This document shows positions 38,354-48,105 of a stretch of DNA of 64,000 bases, one piece after another. Source of the stretch: Candidatus Kaiserbacteria bacterium (GTDB taxonomy: Bacteria > Patescibacteriota > Minisyncoccia > Phycocordibacterales > UBA2100). The stretch lies in contig CP066682.1 in assembly GCA_016432285.1 (NCBI GenBank), forward strand, positions 666,274 to 730,273. The letters are read 5' to 3'. The notes beneath the pieces are model-generated. The model saw nothing but the letters and a program-made list of their open reading frames with translations, was not told where the DNA came from and made no database searches. Numbering within the stretch: position 1 is the stretch's first letter; each line of letters opens with the position of its first letter. The position numbers and the translations under genes are program-made.

Positions 38354-39219
38354 TTCCACTCCTCCACCAGACCCTGGCGGTAAATATCGAAGCTATTCTC
38401 GCCCTCAAACATATCCGACGGGTTCGGGAGGTAGAGGCGCGGGCGTGAAATTTCCGTCGTCGCATCTTTGAGAAGCCGCTGAAAAACAGCAAACTCCTCC
38501 GCGCAGGAGGCAAAATCGATCGCGTATCGCCGCATCTGCGCCGAGCCGTCCGCGTTCCTCGTTTTCTTGCACTCGTACACCACGAAGCGGCGTACCGGCT
38601 TGCCAAACTTCTCCTTGACCGTGTAGTAGTTGAACAGCGCCTGGATGATAAAGAGTGTCTTCCGATTTCCTTGCTTGCTGAACGAGTCGACAAACTTGTG
38701 ATCGACGATATCGAGCCCCTTCGGATCCGCCTTCGATCGCACCACAAGATCGGAGATCGCCTTCACGGGAAGCGGCACGCCCGGCACTTTGGCAAACGCG
38801 CTCGTCTCTACGGCGAGCACGTCGTGCTTCGGAGGCCGCGCGAGATAAAAGCCGATCGCCTGGAGATACTCGCGCTCCATCCCTGCGCGCTTCTCCTTTT
38901 GTGCCCGGCGCGATTTTGCCTTGCCGAAATTGATCTCAAAATCTGCGACGCCCCGCATGTGCTCGAGCCCTAAGTCGACCGCCCCCTCTTTCCCCAATCC
39001 GCCGTAGAAATGCTGCAAGGCCACGTGCGCCGAACGGCCCACGATCGAGGAAGGCGTGGAGGGCGTGTCGTACACATGCTCGACATACCGCTTGTACCAC
39101 GCGAGAGGGTTCCGGAGGAACGCCATCAAAGAAGAGTGGCTCCAGTGTTTGATCGGATACGCCGGGCCAAGGACTGCTTCCGCGGAGATCTTCTCGATGG
39201 CAGGAGAGGAACGAGCCAT
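38350..39219 (-). CDS. PD-(D/E)XK nuclease family protein (RecB/Cas4-like)
   Basis: WSHSSL, G...H.AL, E...KAISDLV...IVDHK...Q..Y motif order. Confidence 0.75.
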   Translation of the reverse strand: MARSSPAIEKISAEAVLGPAYPIKHWSHSSLMAFLRNPLAWYKRYVEHVYDTPSTPSSIVGRSAHVALQHFYGGLGKEGAVDLGLEHMRGVADFEINFGKAKSRRAQKEKRAGMEREYLQAIGFYLARPPKHDVLAVETSAFAKVPGVPLPVKAISDLVVRSKADPKGLDIVDHKFVDSFSKQGNRKTLFIIQALFNYYTVKEKFGKPVRRFVVYECKKTRNADGSAQMRRYAIDFASCAEEFAVFQRLLKDATTEISRPRLYLPNPSDMFEGENSFDIYRQGLVEEWN

Positions 39220-39296
39220 GATCGCGAGTATACCATCGCTTGACTTGGCGCGTGCGGGCGCGCATTATCTCGACTTCGGACTCAAAGGAGGACTCG

Positions 39297-39461
39297 ATGG
39301 CCGAAAAAAGTTCCCCGCGCGAGCATGTGCGTGAGCCCCGTGAGACACGGGACGATGAGATCGAAAAGGCGGTGCGTGCCAAGAAGCTCGCACCCGGCGC
39401 GCACGTGATCGACGGCAAGCGCGTCGTCGTGACGGGCTCGGGCGCTGTGTTGCGCGACTGA
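39297..39461 (+). CDS. hypothetical small protein
   Basis: GGAGGA SD; followed by hairpin GAGCCGCTC-GAT-GAGCGGCTC-TTTTTT. Confidence 0.55.
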   Translation: MAEKSSPREHVREPRETRDDEIEKAVRAKKLAPGAHVIDGKRVVVTGSGAVLRD

Positions 39462-39607
39462 TCCTGCGGCTGATGCCGCTTTTTCTTGAAGAGCCGCTCG
39501 ATGAGCGGCTCTTTTTTCATTAATCCCCACGCGGGGAATTGACAAAATATGGCTTAGGAATAGGATATTTCGATCGCGCCACTCACGAAACTTGAAAGGG
39601 GGAAAGA

Positions 39608-40366
39608 ATGACGCGAAGCCTGACTGAAGGCAACTTCCTGAGCCTGGCGGTGAGCGGTCAACGCTTCACCTTCAGGAACAATATGTTCACAAACCTTGCA
39701 GGGAGTTTGCCTCGAATATATCCATGTTCTTCGGGGGTCGATCTCGTGTTCATCGACCTCCTGCGTGCGCTTCCACGCGGCACACTCAACTGTCCTCTTT
39801 TGTGGAACGACGGTGAGTGGTCCGTGGACCCGCTCGCTCGCCTGCTCAAGGACTGGTCCGAGATGGTCCAGGTCATGCGCAGGATTATCGCCGAACGCAT
39901 CACACCGCTGCTGCAACGCGGAATCAAGGTCGTCGCCATCTTCCACGGCTTCGGCCTCAATCTGCTTCTGCACGCGGCGGTAACGCCGGAGTTCAAGTTG
40001 GATCATCCGGTGATCAACCAAGTCTATGAGATACACGGAGGGCTGGTGAAGACCTTCTTCAAGCACTTCAGCCCTCCGGAGTACCTCATCGCCGAGGCAG
40101 ATGCGGAAGCCGTGGCATCGCGGATGGCGAGGGAAAACCCTTCGCTCGCTGCGATTCCGCACCTGCAACGGGTCAAGTTCTCGAAGTTTGAGGAGTCGGC
40201 GATACGAGCGTATCCGACGTTGGTGCCGATGCAGAAGCCTTTTCACTTCATCAAGGCGTCCTTTACCGAAGCCGAGATGACTGCATACGCACAGGACGTT
40301 GTGATCGATCGCATCGAGACCTTCCGCAACCGCGCGGGATGTACTCCTAGAGTTCTGTCAGCGTAA
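39608..40366 (+). CDS. hypothetical protein, distantly thymidylate-kinase-like with degenerate P-loop
   Basis: TTGACA-N16-TAGGAT promoter; order of elements (I.PLL..G..V, PPEYLI...D...ASR) echoes dTMP kinase, but no GxxGxGK. Confidence 0.55.
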   Translation: MTRSLTEGNFLSLAVSGQRFTFRNNMFTNLAGSLPRIYPCSSGVDLVFIDLLRALPRGTLNCPLLWNDGEWSVDPLARLLKDWSEMVQVMRRIIAERITPLLQRGIKVVAIFHGFGLNLLLHAAVTPEFKLDHPVINQVYEIHGGLVKTFFKHFSPPEYLIAEADAEAVASRMARENPSLAAIPHLQRVKFSKFEESAIRAYPTLVPMQKPFHFIKASFTEAEMTAYAQDVVIDRIETFRNRAGCTPRVLSA

Positions 40367-40413
40367 CGCGTCACGAACCTGAAGCCCGGCTACGGTCGGG
40401 CTTCTTTCTTGCG

Positions 40414-41895
40414 CTAGAGGTCGGTGCCGGAGTACGAAAGATTCAGACTTTTGTTGCAGAGCGGAAAATCCGGAACGATGTTGCCCGGCCCGATCTCGCC
40501 AAAGAGCGGCCAGTTGCAAAAAGAGGGGTCGGAAATGGCGCACCGCTCGATCCGGCCGTCTTTGTCGAGCCGTACGAAGTCGATGACGCCTCCGCGCCAG
40601 CTCTCGGCCCACCCGAGCGACTCGCCTCCTTTGTATGTCAGCTCTGTAGCGGCAGGGCCCGCAGGCAGGGCCGCGAGCGCCTCGCGTACGATACGAATCG
40701 ATTCAAAAAGCTCCGCCGCCCGGAGGCTGAAGCGAGCGCGCACGTCGCCCGCTTTTTTCATGAGCACGGTGGGCGCGTAGTCGCGATACGCGGCATACGG
40801 ATGATCGCGCCGCAGATCGAAGTCGACGCCGGAGGCGCGTGCGGGGAGCCCGCGCGCACCGTACGCGATTGCCGCCTCGCGCGAGAGCACGCCAGTGGTC
40901 TCAAAGCGCTCCATGAGTCCGTCGCTCTCGTACGCCACTGAAAGGACCGCGCGCATCTCACGCTCGACTCGCGCGAGCGTCGCGAGAATGAAGTCTGTGC
41001 CTACTTTCTCGATGTTATGCGCGCCCCCGAGCACGATCGCGCCGCGCAAAAAGCGGTGACCCACGAGATCCTCGTACATGCGCCGCATCTCCTCCACCAT
41101 GCGAAAGCCCTGCGCCGCCAAAAAAGTAAAGCCTGTGCCCATGCCGCCCATGTTGCCGATATCAAAGACGTGCGCACTCACCCGCTCCAACTCGCACCAG
41201 ATTACACGGAGAGCCTTCGCGCGCGCCGGTACCGAGGCGCCGCACACTTTTTCTACCGCCTCCGCAAAGGCGAGCGTGTGACCCACCACCATATCCCCCG
41301 AGACGCGCTCAATAAAGGGAAAGGCCTCCTGCGGGCTCTTGCCCTCCACGAGCTTCTCCACGCCCTTGTGCTTGAAGAAAAGCTTGCCCTCGAGCGTTAC
41401 GATGCGCTCGCCGCGTACGTTGAAGCGGAAGTGGCCCGGCTCGATGATGCCGGCGTGAATGGGGCCCACGGGAATTTCGTACATACCCTTCCCCTCTACG
41501 CGGTGCATGGGGTACGGCTCATGAGCTTTCGGAAGGCGTGTGTCCCACGCGAAGTCTTTGCGCAAGGGATGAGTGCCGGCCGGAATGTTCTCGTGATGCA
41601 CGAGGCGCCGCCAGTCGGGGTGCCCCTCTGCGCGAATACCGAACTGATCGAAGATGAGGCGTTCGTACCAGTGCGCCGCCATGATCGTGGGCGTGAGAGA
41701 GGGATATACCGGATCCGCTTGCGGCACCTCGGTCCGGAGCGTCGTAAACTCTCCGCCGGATGAGAAGACTGCGTGCACGCCAAAGACACCGAGAGCTTCG
41801 CGCTCGTCGGTTGCGTACAGAAACACGAGCGGAGCACCCTGGTCGACGAGTCTTTTCGATTCAGTCGCAAACGATGAGGTCGGTACGTTTTTCAT
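40414..41895 (-). CDS. Ehr/HyfG-like large subunit (NuoC+NuoD-like), no NiFe ligands
   Basis: HPLRKDF, IPVGPIHAGIIEPGHFRF, HKGVEK, ERVSGD...H, GDV.ARF, DFPLCNKSLNLSYSGTDL. Confidence 0.9.
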   Translation of the reverse strand: MKNVPTSSFATESKRLVDQGAPLVFLYATDEREALGVFGVHAVFSSGGEFTTLRTEVPQADPVYPSLTPTIMAAHWYERLIFDQFGIRAEGHPDWRRLVHHENIPAGTHPLRKDFAWDTRLPKAHEPYPMHRVEGKGMYEIPVGPIHAGIIEPGHFRFNVRGERIVTLEGKLFFKHKGVEKLVEGKSPQEAFPFIERVSGDMVVGHTLAFAEAVEKVCGASVPARAKALRVIWCELERVSAHVFDIGNMGGMGTGFTFLAAQGFRMVEEMRRMYEDLVGHRFLRGAIVLGGAHNIEKVGTDFILATLARVEREMRAVLSVAYESDGLMERFETTGVLSREAAIAYGARGLPARASGVDFDLRRDHPYAAYRDYAPTVLMKKAGDVRARFSLRAAELFESIRIVREALAALPAGPAATELTYKGGESLGWAESWRGGVIDFVRLDKDGRIERCAISDPSFCNWPLFGEIGPGNIVPDFPLCNKSLNLSYSGTDL

Positions 41896-41896
41896 A

Positions 41897-43345
41897 CTAG
41901 AAAATCGACGCGGCGATTGCGCTCATAATCGTCTGTCCCGCATTTGTAGCGAGCAGTACCCCGAAACTCACGATGAGTACCGCGTGCACCATCATCGCGC
42001 CGTGCGAAATATTGAACGTCTCCCGCTCCACCGACTCCCCTCCCCGCACCGGCGAAAAAAGCAGCGGCATCAGGAAGCGCATGAAGCCCGCGCCGATCAC
42101 AAGAAGTGCAAAAGCGACGAGCGCGAAGGCCACGGGGTGCGTGGAGATGAGTCCGGCAAAAAGGAGGTACTCACTGAAAAAAAGCGGCGAGGGAGGCGCG
42201 GCCAAAAGCGCGAACACGCCAAAAAGAAAGAGGCCGCCGGTGTAGGGGTGGGTTTTCATCACGTCGCCCACGCGCTCAAACTTGGTGCTCTTCCACGCAT
42301 GGAGGATATTGCCCGCGCCAAAAAAGAGCATCGACTTTGTGAGCGCGTGGCCCGTGAGGTGCACGAGCGCCGCGAAGGCGCCAAGCGGCCCAAGACCGAA
42401 GAGAATCGCCGTGATTCCCATGTGCTCGATGGAGGAGTACGCGAGGAGCCGCTTGTAGTCGGTTTGTACGAGAATGAACGCGGCCGGAATCAGCGTAGAG
42501 AGGACGCCGAAAAAGACGAGGAGCACGCTGGTCCATTCTCCCCCGCCTAAGGAGGCGTCCACGAGCGTCTTGTACCGCAGGATCGCAAACAGAGCGGCGT
42601 TGAGAAGCACGCCGGAGAGCATTGCGGAAATCGGCGCCGGGGCGCGGCTGTGCGCGTCGGGAAGCCACGCGTGCATGGGCGCAAGACCCACCTTGGTGCC
42701 GTAGCCGATCAAAACGAAGATAAACGCAATCTGCATGATCTGCGGCGAGAGCGTCGATGCGATCGAGCGGAGGTACGTCCAGTCGATGTTCGGCAAATCC
42801 GGAGCGGCCACCGTAGCCGCGTAGTACGTGAGGAGGAGGCCGATGAGGCCGAGCGAGATCCCGGTCGAGCAGAGCACGATGTACTTCCACGCGGCTTCGA
42901 GCGAGCCCTTGCGGGGATAGAACGAGACGAGGAGCGTGGTCGCGAGCGTGGTGGCTTCGAGCGCGACCCACATGAGGCCGAGGTTGTCGACCGCGACCGT
43001 GAGCATCATCGAGAAGATGAAGGCGGAGAGGAGCGCGAAATAGCGGCGCGCGTGGGCCACGTCGATCGTGCCCTCGTGCAGCTCGGTGCTGATGAAAGGT
43101 ACGCTCACGAGCGTCGCCGACCACTGCAAAAAGGCGATGATGAGAAGCAGCAAAGCGGCAAAGGGATCGAGGTACCACACACCACTCTGGAGCGTGCCGC
43201 CCGCAAGAAGCGGTAGCGTGATGTATGCGGCGAGCGCGAAGAGCGCGGTACTCAGTGTCGATACGGCAGGAAAGAGAGCGCGCTTCGGCAGCGTGAGCGC
43301 GGCGATTGCCGAGAGCGATCCGATGAGAAAGAGTGCGGTGATCAT
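41897..43345 (-). CDS. hyfF: HyfF-like antiporter-like membrane subunit
   Basis: WVALEATTL, EAAWKY, GYGTKVGLAPMHAWLPDAHS, KRLLAYSSIEH, H.L.K. Confidence 0.88.
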   Translation of the reverse strand: MITALFLIGSLSAIAALTLPKRALFPAVSTLSTALFALAAYITLPLLAGGTLQSGVWYLDPFAALLLLIIAFLQWSATLVSVPFISTELHEGTIDVAHARRYFALLSAFIFSMMLTVAVDNLGLMWVALEATTLATTLLVSFYPRKGSLEAAWKYIVLCSTGISLGLIGLLLTYYAATVAAPDLPNIDWTYLRSIASTLSPQIMQIAFIFVLIGYGTKVGLAPMHAWLPDAHSRAPAPISAMLSGVLLNAALFAILRYKTLVDASLGGGEWTSVLLVFFGVLSTLIPAAFILVQTDYKRLLAYSSIEHMGITAILFGLGPLGAFAALVHLTGHALTKSMLFFGAGNILHAWKSTKFERVGDVMKTHPYTGGLFLFGVFALLAAPPSPLFFSEYLLFAGLISTHPVAFALVAFALLVIGAGFMRFLMPLLFSPVRGGESVERETFNISHGAMMVHAVLIVSFGVLLATNAGQTIMSAIAASIF

Positions 43346-43346
43346 A

Positions 43347-43994
43347 TTAGTCGACGAGCTCGCGGAGGTATTCGGTCGCGAGTGATCCCTGCTCCGCCTG
43401 CGCCCGCAAGACGAGGAGGATGATGAGCGTTACGAACACGCAGAGATCGAAGAGGATCCCAATCTCGACGAAAAACGGCATGCCGCCGGTCATCGCGAGC
43501 CCGAGGAGGAAGATGCCGTTCTCCGTCACGAGGAAGCCGACGGCCTGACCGAACATGTCGGTGCGCGTAAGCAAGAGGAGCATGCCGAGCATCACGAGGG
43601 AGAGCGAAGCGCCGAGCGCGACGACATCGCTCGGCTCTTGTATGAAGCGCCAGGCCGCGAGGAACGAGAGCGCGACGATCGCAAGCCCGCCGAACGTGGC
43701 CGTGGTGGGACGAACGTACGATTGGAGCCGGAGGTTGATGTTGTACTTCTTCGCGATGCGCGTGAGAAACTCCGGGATGAGAAGCACTTTCACGATGAGG
43801 ACGAGGGCGCCGACGGCAAAGAGGGGCCGCTCCCCTTCCATCCATCCGAGCATGAAGGCAAAGCCCGCAAGGAGGAGCGAGAGGAGGCGGAACATCGCGA
43901 TCAGCGAGGAAAAGCGCATGCGGCTGATCAGAATGAGCGCCACGACGACCATCATCGCGCCAAAGGCCGCTGTCGCTGCGAAGACGGAAATCAT
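43347..43994 (-). CDS. hyfE: HyfE-like membrane subunit
   Basis: K...IP.FL, Q.VGFLV.ENGI, EIGILFD; position in the hyf-like operon. Confidence 0.82.
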   Translation of the reverse strand: MISVFAATAAFGAMMVVVALILISRMRFSSLIAMFRLLSLLLAGFAFMLGWMEGERPLFAVGALVLIVKVLLIPEFLTRIAKKYNINLRLQSYVRPTTATFGGLAIVALSFLAAWRFIQEPSDVVALGASLSLVMLGMLLLLTRTDMFGQAVGFLVTENGIFLLGLAMTGGMPFFVEIGILFDLCVFVTLIILLVLRAQAEQGSLATEYLRELVD

Positions 43995-44905
43995 ACGGCG
44001 CCGGAGAGCTTCGAAAGAATAATGAGTGCCGCCCCGCCGAGCGCGAAGAGGAAGGCGAGCGCCATGTACTCCTGCATGCGGTAGAAGCGCATTTTGACGA
44101 TGGTCGATTCGACGAAGGCGACGAGAAACGCGGCGAGGATGAGCTTGCCGAGAAACAGCAGGGCGAGCACCGTGCCACTTGCGGCAAAGCTCGGTAAAAG
44201 GAGCGATACGAAAAGCGTGCCGAGTACGGTGAGTTTGATCGCCGAGGCGTACTCGAGGAGCGCGAGGTACGGCCCGGAGTATTCGAGCATCATGGCTTCG
44301 TGCACCATCGTAAGCTCCAGGTGCGTCGCCGGATTGTCGACCGGATAACGGGCGTTTTCAGCGAGCACCACAAAGAAGAGCGCGATGAGCGTGACGGCCG
44401 TGAGCACGTGCGAGCCCGCGGTGGCGCTCGTGAAGTGCGCGATGATGTCGCCCATCCCGAAGGAGCCGGCAAAGAGGGCGAGCGAAGCGAATACGATAAA
44501 AAGCGGCGGCTCCACGAGCGCGATGAGGCTCATTTCCCTACTCGATCCCATGTTGCCGAAGGTGCTCGCCGTATCCATGCCGCCGAGTACGAGGAAAACG
44601 GAGCCAAGCGCGAGCACTCCTGCGATCAGGAAGACGTTGCCGTACGTGCCGGCGATGGGCACCGCGGGCACGAGCGCAGCGAGTGCGATCGTGCTCCCCA
44701 ATACCACAAACGGCACGGTGTGGAAGACCCACGAGCTGTATCTCGTGATCGTCATGTCTTTCCGCAAAAGTGAGAGGAGCGCCCAGTACGGCTGGAAGAT
44801 CGACGCGCCACGCCGATTCTGGAAGAGCGCTTTAAACTTTCGCACGAGACCGACCGTAAGCGGCGAGGCGAGCAGTATGAGTAGTGTCGGCAGCAGAATG
44901 GTCAT
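43991..44905 (-). CDS. hyfC: HyfC/NuoH-like membrane subunit
   Basis: RK.KA.FQNRRGASIFQPY, GSSRE, ENARYPVDNPATHLELTMVHEAM.LEYSG. Confidence 0.9.
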   Translation of the reverse strand: MTILLPTLLILLASPLTVGLVRKFKALFQNRRGASIFQPYWALLSLLRKDMTITRYSSWVFHTVPFVVLGSTIALAALVPAVPIAGTYGNVFLIAGVLALGSVFLVLGGMDTASTFGNMGSSREMSLIALVEPPLFIVFASLALFAGSFGMGDIIAHFTSATAGSHVLTAVTLIALFFVVLAENARYPVDNPATHLELTMVHEAMMLEYSGPYLALLEYASAIKLTVLGTLFVSLLLPSFAASGTVLALLFLGKLILAAFLVAFVESTIVKMRFYRMQEYMALAFLFALGGAALIILSKLSGAV

Positions 44906-46869
44906 AGTGCGATGAAGAGCGTCAGGATAAGCGTGAGCAAAACGAGCAGCAGGTAGAACTGCACGACGCCGCTCTGGAGGCGCCTTACAGAGTGCGCCAC
45001 GCGCACGATTCCGTGCCCCAGGGGTTTGTAGAGCCAGACTTCCCAGATCGAATGGATCTGCCAATCGAGGTGCTTTTTGGTGACCCACGGATTGCTCGCG
45101 ACCACGGGGGTGGTAATGATCTCGCGGCGCGCCCCCAGGAGGGTGCGGAAGAAGAAGCGGATTGGAGCGGCAAATCCGGTGGAAGTGTACTGCATGCGCG
45201 GCGTGAGGGGCGCGCCGCAATCCCACGTATCGGTGATGCGGATTTTCGTTCGCAGCACGCGGGTGATCAGCCACAGCGCGAGTGCGGGAGCAGCGAGAAT
45301 GAGCGCGACGAGCGTGGGATCAATCCCCGCACCCGGCGCCACAACCACCTCCGCGCCAAAGAGCTTGCCTACGGGAATACCGGAAATGAGGGGAAACGCG
45401 ACGAGGCCGACGCCAAGAGAGAGGAGCGCGCAGATCGCGACGGGTGTGGCAAGGATCCATGAGAGCGCGCCTGCGTGCTCCGCCGCTTCCGTGCGTGCGC
45501 GTCCGAGAAAGACGAGGCTGAAGAATTTGACGAAGGCGAAAATCGCGAGTCCGCCGACGAGCGCGACCGACGAGAGCACGAGGAGTGCGGTAAAGCGCGA
45601 CGCCGGATCCCCCGCTCCGAGACCAAGCGCGAGTGCCTGCACGAGCGCCCACTCGCCGAAGAAGGTCCCCAAGGGCGGGAGCGCGGCCGCCGCGAGCGAA
45701 AGCGCGAGCACCACGCCCGAAAAGAGCGGCCACCTTCGCGCGAGTCCGCCGAGCGAATCAAGGTCGCGCGTATGCGTGGCGCTCTGGATCACGCCGGCAG
45801 CCATGAAGAGTCCCGACTTGAAGAGGAAGTGGTTGAGAATGTGGAGCATGACGAAAAGAGCAAAAAGCGGCGCGAGTGGCGCAAGAGCAGCGGTGCCGCT
45901 CGTAAGAAAGTAGAGCGCGATGCCCGCAAAGATGAGCCCCATGTTCTCGATGCTGCTCCACGCAAGGAGACGCTTCGCGTCGTTTTCGACCGCCGCGTGC
46001 AGCGCGCCAAAAAAAGCCGAGACGAGCCCGAGGAGGAGCACGACGAGCATCCACGGGAAAAGAAGACTGGGGAAAAACGTGAGCGACTGCAAGAAACCGA
46101 AGACCGCCACTTTCAGCATCACGCCCGAGAGGAGCGCCGATGAGCCGGAGGGCGCCTGCGGGTGCGCGTACGGAAGCCACTGGTGCAGGGGCACAAGGCC
46201 CGCCTTCGATCCGAATCCGGCAAAGAGGAGCGCGAACGCGAGCGAAAGCGGCAGCGCGCCGAGTGTCGCCGCCCCTTGCGCGAGCTCGGCCCACGAGAGC
46301 AGCGGATTGCCACCCGAGAGGATCAGGAGCCCGGCGGCGAGCGCGAGAAAACCGAGGTGCGTCATCACGAAGTACAAAAAGCCGGCGCGCAGCGAATCTT
46401 CCGTACGATCCGCGATCACGAGGAAATACGCGGCGATCGACATGAGCTCCCATGCCAAAAGAAACGTCAGTACCGAAGGCGCGAGCACCACCGCCTGCAT
46501 GCCGATCAAGAAGAGTGCCGAGGCGACGTTGAGCCACGGCAGCACGTAGATCTCCTTATATTTTGCGAGCGCCGCGATCGAGTAGAACGAGGTAAGCAGC
46601 ACGCCCGCATAGATGATCCCCAAAAATGGCACGCCAAGCGGCTGGAGGACACCGAGGCCGCCGATCTGTAACGAGGAAAGGGAGCCCGCAAACATCTCAA
46701 GCGCTAAAAGCGCGACTGCACCGAGCCCCACGAGCCCGGAGAGCGCAAAGAGCACTTGCGTGAGCGTATTGCTCCAGGAGACGCGCCGTAGAAGAAGCCC
46801 GAGGAGCGCGGCGAATGCGGGCGTCGCGAGGGCAAAGAGAAAAAGACGCGAGATGAGGAGGGGGTCCAT
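44902..46869 (-). CDS. hyfB: HyfB-like antiporter-like membrane subunit
   Basis: FLLAWELMS, GSKAGLVPLHQWLPYAHPQAPS, KRLLAWSSIEN, WDCG, RMQYTSTGF. Confidence 0.9.
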   Translation of the reverse strand: MDPLLISRLFLFALATPAFAALLGLLLRRVSWSNTLTQVLFALSGLVGLGAVALLALEMFAGSLSSLQIGGLGVLQPLGVPFLGIIYAGVLLTSFYSIAALAKYKEIYVLPWLNVASALFLIGMQAVVLAPSVLTFLLAWELMSIAAYFLVIADRTEDSLRAGFLYFVMTHLGFLALAAGLLILSGGNPLLSWAELAQGAATLGALPLSLAFALLFAGFGSKAGLVPLHQWLPYAHPQAPSGSSALLSGVMLKVAVFGFLQSLTFFPSLLFPWMLVVLLLGLVSAFFGALHAAVENDAKRLLAWSSIENMGLIFAGIALYFLTSGTAALAPLAPLFALFVMLHILNHFLFKSGLFMAAGVIQSATHTRDLDSLGGLARRWPLFSGVVLALSLAAAALPPLGTFFGEWALVQALALGLGAGDPASRFTALLVLSSVALVGGLAIFAFVKFFSLVFLGRARTEAAEHAGALSWILATPVAICALLSLGVGLVAFPLISGIPVGKLFGAEVVVAPGAGIDPTLVALILAAPALALWLITRVLRTKIRITDTWDCGAPLTPRMQYTSTGFAAPIRFFFRTLLGARREIITTPVVASNPWVTKKHLDWQIHSIWEVWLYKPLGHGIVRVAHSVRRLQSGVVQFYLLLVLLTLILTLFIAL

Positions 46870-46870
46870 A

Positions 46871-47401
46871 CTAGGTGCGCGCTTTTTCGATCGCGGCGAG
46901 GAGCCCTTTCAAGATCTGTAGCGGCGAGGGCGGATCGCCGAAAATCTTCGCGTCAACCGGGATTACCTTCTCCACCGCACCCACCACAGCGTACGAGCCT
47001 GCCCAGATGCCTCCCGTGCATGCGCCGTCGCCCACGGCGATCACCATGCGCGGCTCGGGAGTCATGTCGTAGGCGGTCCGCAAAGCGTGCTCCATGTTGC
47101 GCGTGACGGGCCCAGAGACCGTGAGAATGTCGGCATGGCGCGGAGAGGCGACGAAGGAGAGGCCGAATCGCTCACTATCATGATAGGCGTTGCCGAGGGC
47201 GGTCATTTCGTACTCCTCCGCATTGCTTGATCCTGCGTCGACATGGCGAATCCGAAGCGAGCGGCCGCCGTAGAGCCGCGTGATCGCCCGTTTGAGATTT
47301 TCCCCCGTTACCTCGATGTCCGTGCTCCCCACTTGCGGCGCCTGCTCGGTTACCGTGCCCGTTTTAATGATTCTGGCAAGCAGGGAAAGCATATTTTGCA
47401 A
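46871..47401 (-). CDS. Ehr/HyfI/NuoB-like small subunit with substituted Fe-S ligands
   Basis: RSL.IRHVDAGSSNAEE, ERFG..FVASPRHAD, GPVTRNM, AVGDGAC, IFGDPP. Confidence 0.88.
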   Translation of the reverse strand: MQNMLSLLARIIKTGTVTEQAPQVGSTDIEVTGENLKRAITRLYGGRSLRIRHVDAGSSNAEEYEMTALGNAYHDSERFGLSFVASPRHADILTVSGPVTRNMEHALRTAYDMTPEPRMVIAVGDGACTGGIWAGSYAVVGAVEKVIPVDAKIFGDPPSPLQILKGLLAAIEKART

Positions 47402-47503
47402 ATAATGCTGGGTACTCTACGCTCCGAATGCCCCCCTGTCCAGCGCGGTTTTTCGGCACGTACGTTCATTGCGTCATCAGCGCATCGACGGTATATAAGA
47501 TGA

Positions 47504-48094
47504 ATGAGAGAGGTGGCACTCGATCCGCCATACACGCCCCTCACGCAGCAGCGCATGTGCTGCGTTCCCTGTGCCGTGCAGTGGGTGCTCTTGCGGCGCG
47601 GACTCCCCATTTTTACGCAAGAGAAGATCGGCGAGGCGCTCGATCTCACCGTACCGCCCGTTCACAAGAAGCTCTTTTGCGAAGGGGTGATGGTGAGCAT
47701 TACGGAGCCTGCCCACGGATGGGGCTCGAAGACCGACGGCCACGACGCCCTCAACAAGTTTTTCAAGGAAAACCGCCTCCCCGTGCGCGCCAGGCACGTG
47801 AAGCACTCCGCACTCAAAAAGCCGGAGGATCTCATTGAGCGCAACATCAAAAAGGGCAACGATGTGATGTTTATCACCTTCATGGGAGTGATCGACAAAA
47901 AATACCGCTGGGGCCACGCGCTCGTCGTGAGCGCCTTGAAGCGCGAGAAGGAACCGGTCGTTACCGTGGGTGACCCGAATTTCGTGGCGCCAAAGTTCTA
48001 CGACCTTCCGCTCTCGCTGATCCTCAAAGGCATGAGTGCCCGCCACGGCAAGGCCGAGCGCGGCCTCTACATTTTTTCCACCGCGAAACGCTAA
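47504..48094 (+). CDS. papain-like (C39-like) cysteine peptidase domain protein
   Basis: Q...CC.P.A..., Q..I, WGHALVV, VGDP catalytic-type order. Confidence 0.6.
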   Translation: MREVALDPPYTPLTQQRMCCVPCAVQWVLLRRGLPIFTQEKIGEALDLTVPPVHKKLFCEGVMVSITEPAHGWGSKTDGHDALNKFFKENRLPVRARHVKHSALKKPEDLIERNIKKGNDVMFITFMGVIDKKYRWGHALVVSALKREKEPVVTVGDPNFVAPKFYDLPLSLILKGMSARHGKAERGLYIFSTAKR

Positions 48095-48105
48095 CACCGA
48101 TCCGC

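Noticed and set aside
38350-39219. Possible cas4 / CRISPR locus
   Set aside because: No repeat array, no other cas genes, no Fe-S cysteines
40414-41895. Functional group 4 [NiFe]-hydrogenase
   Set aside because: Both Ni-binding CxxC motifs are absent and no hyp maturation genes are in the window
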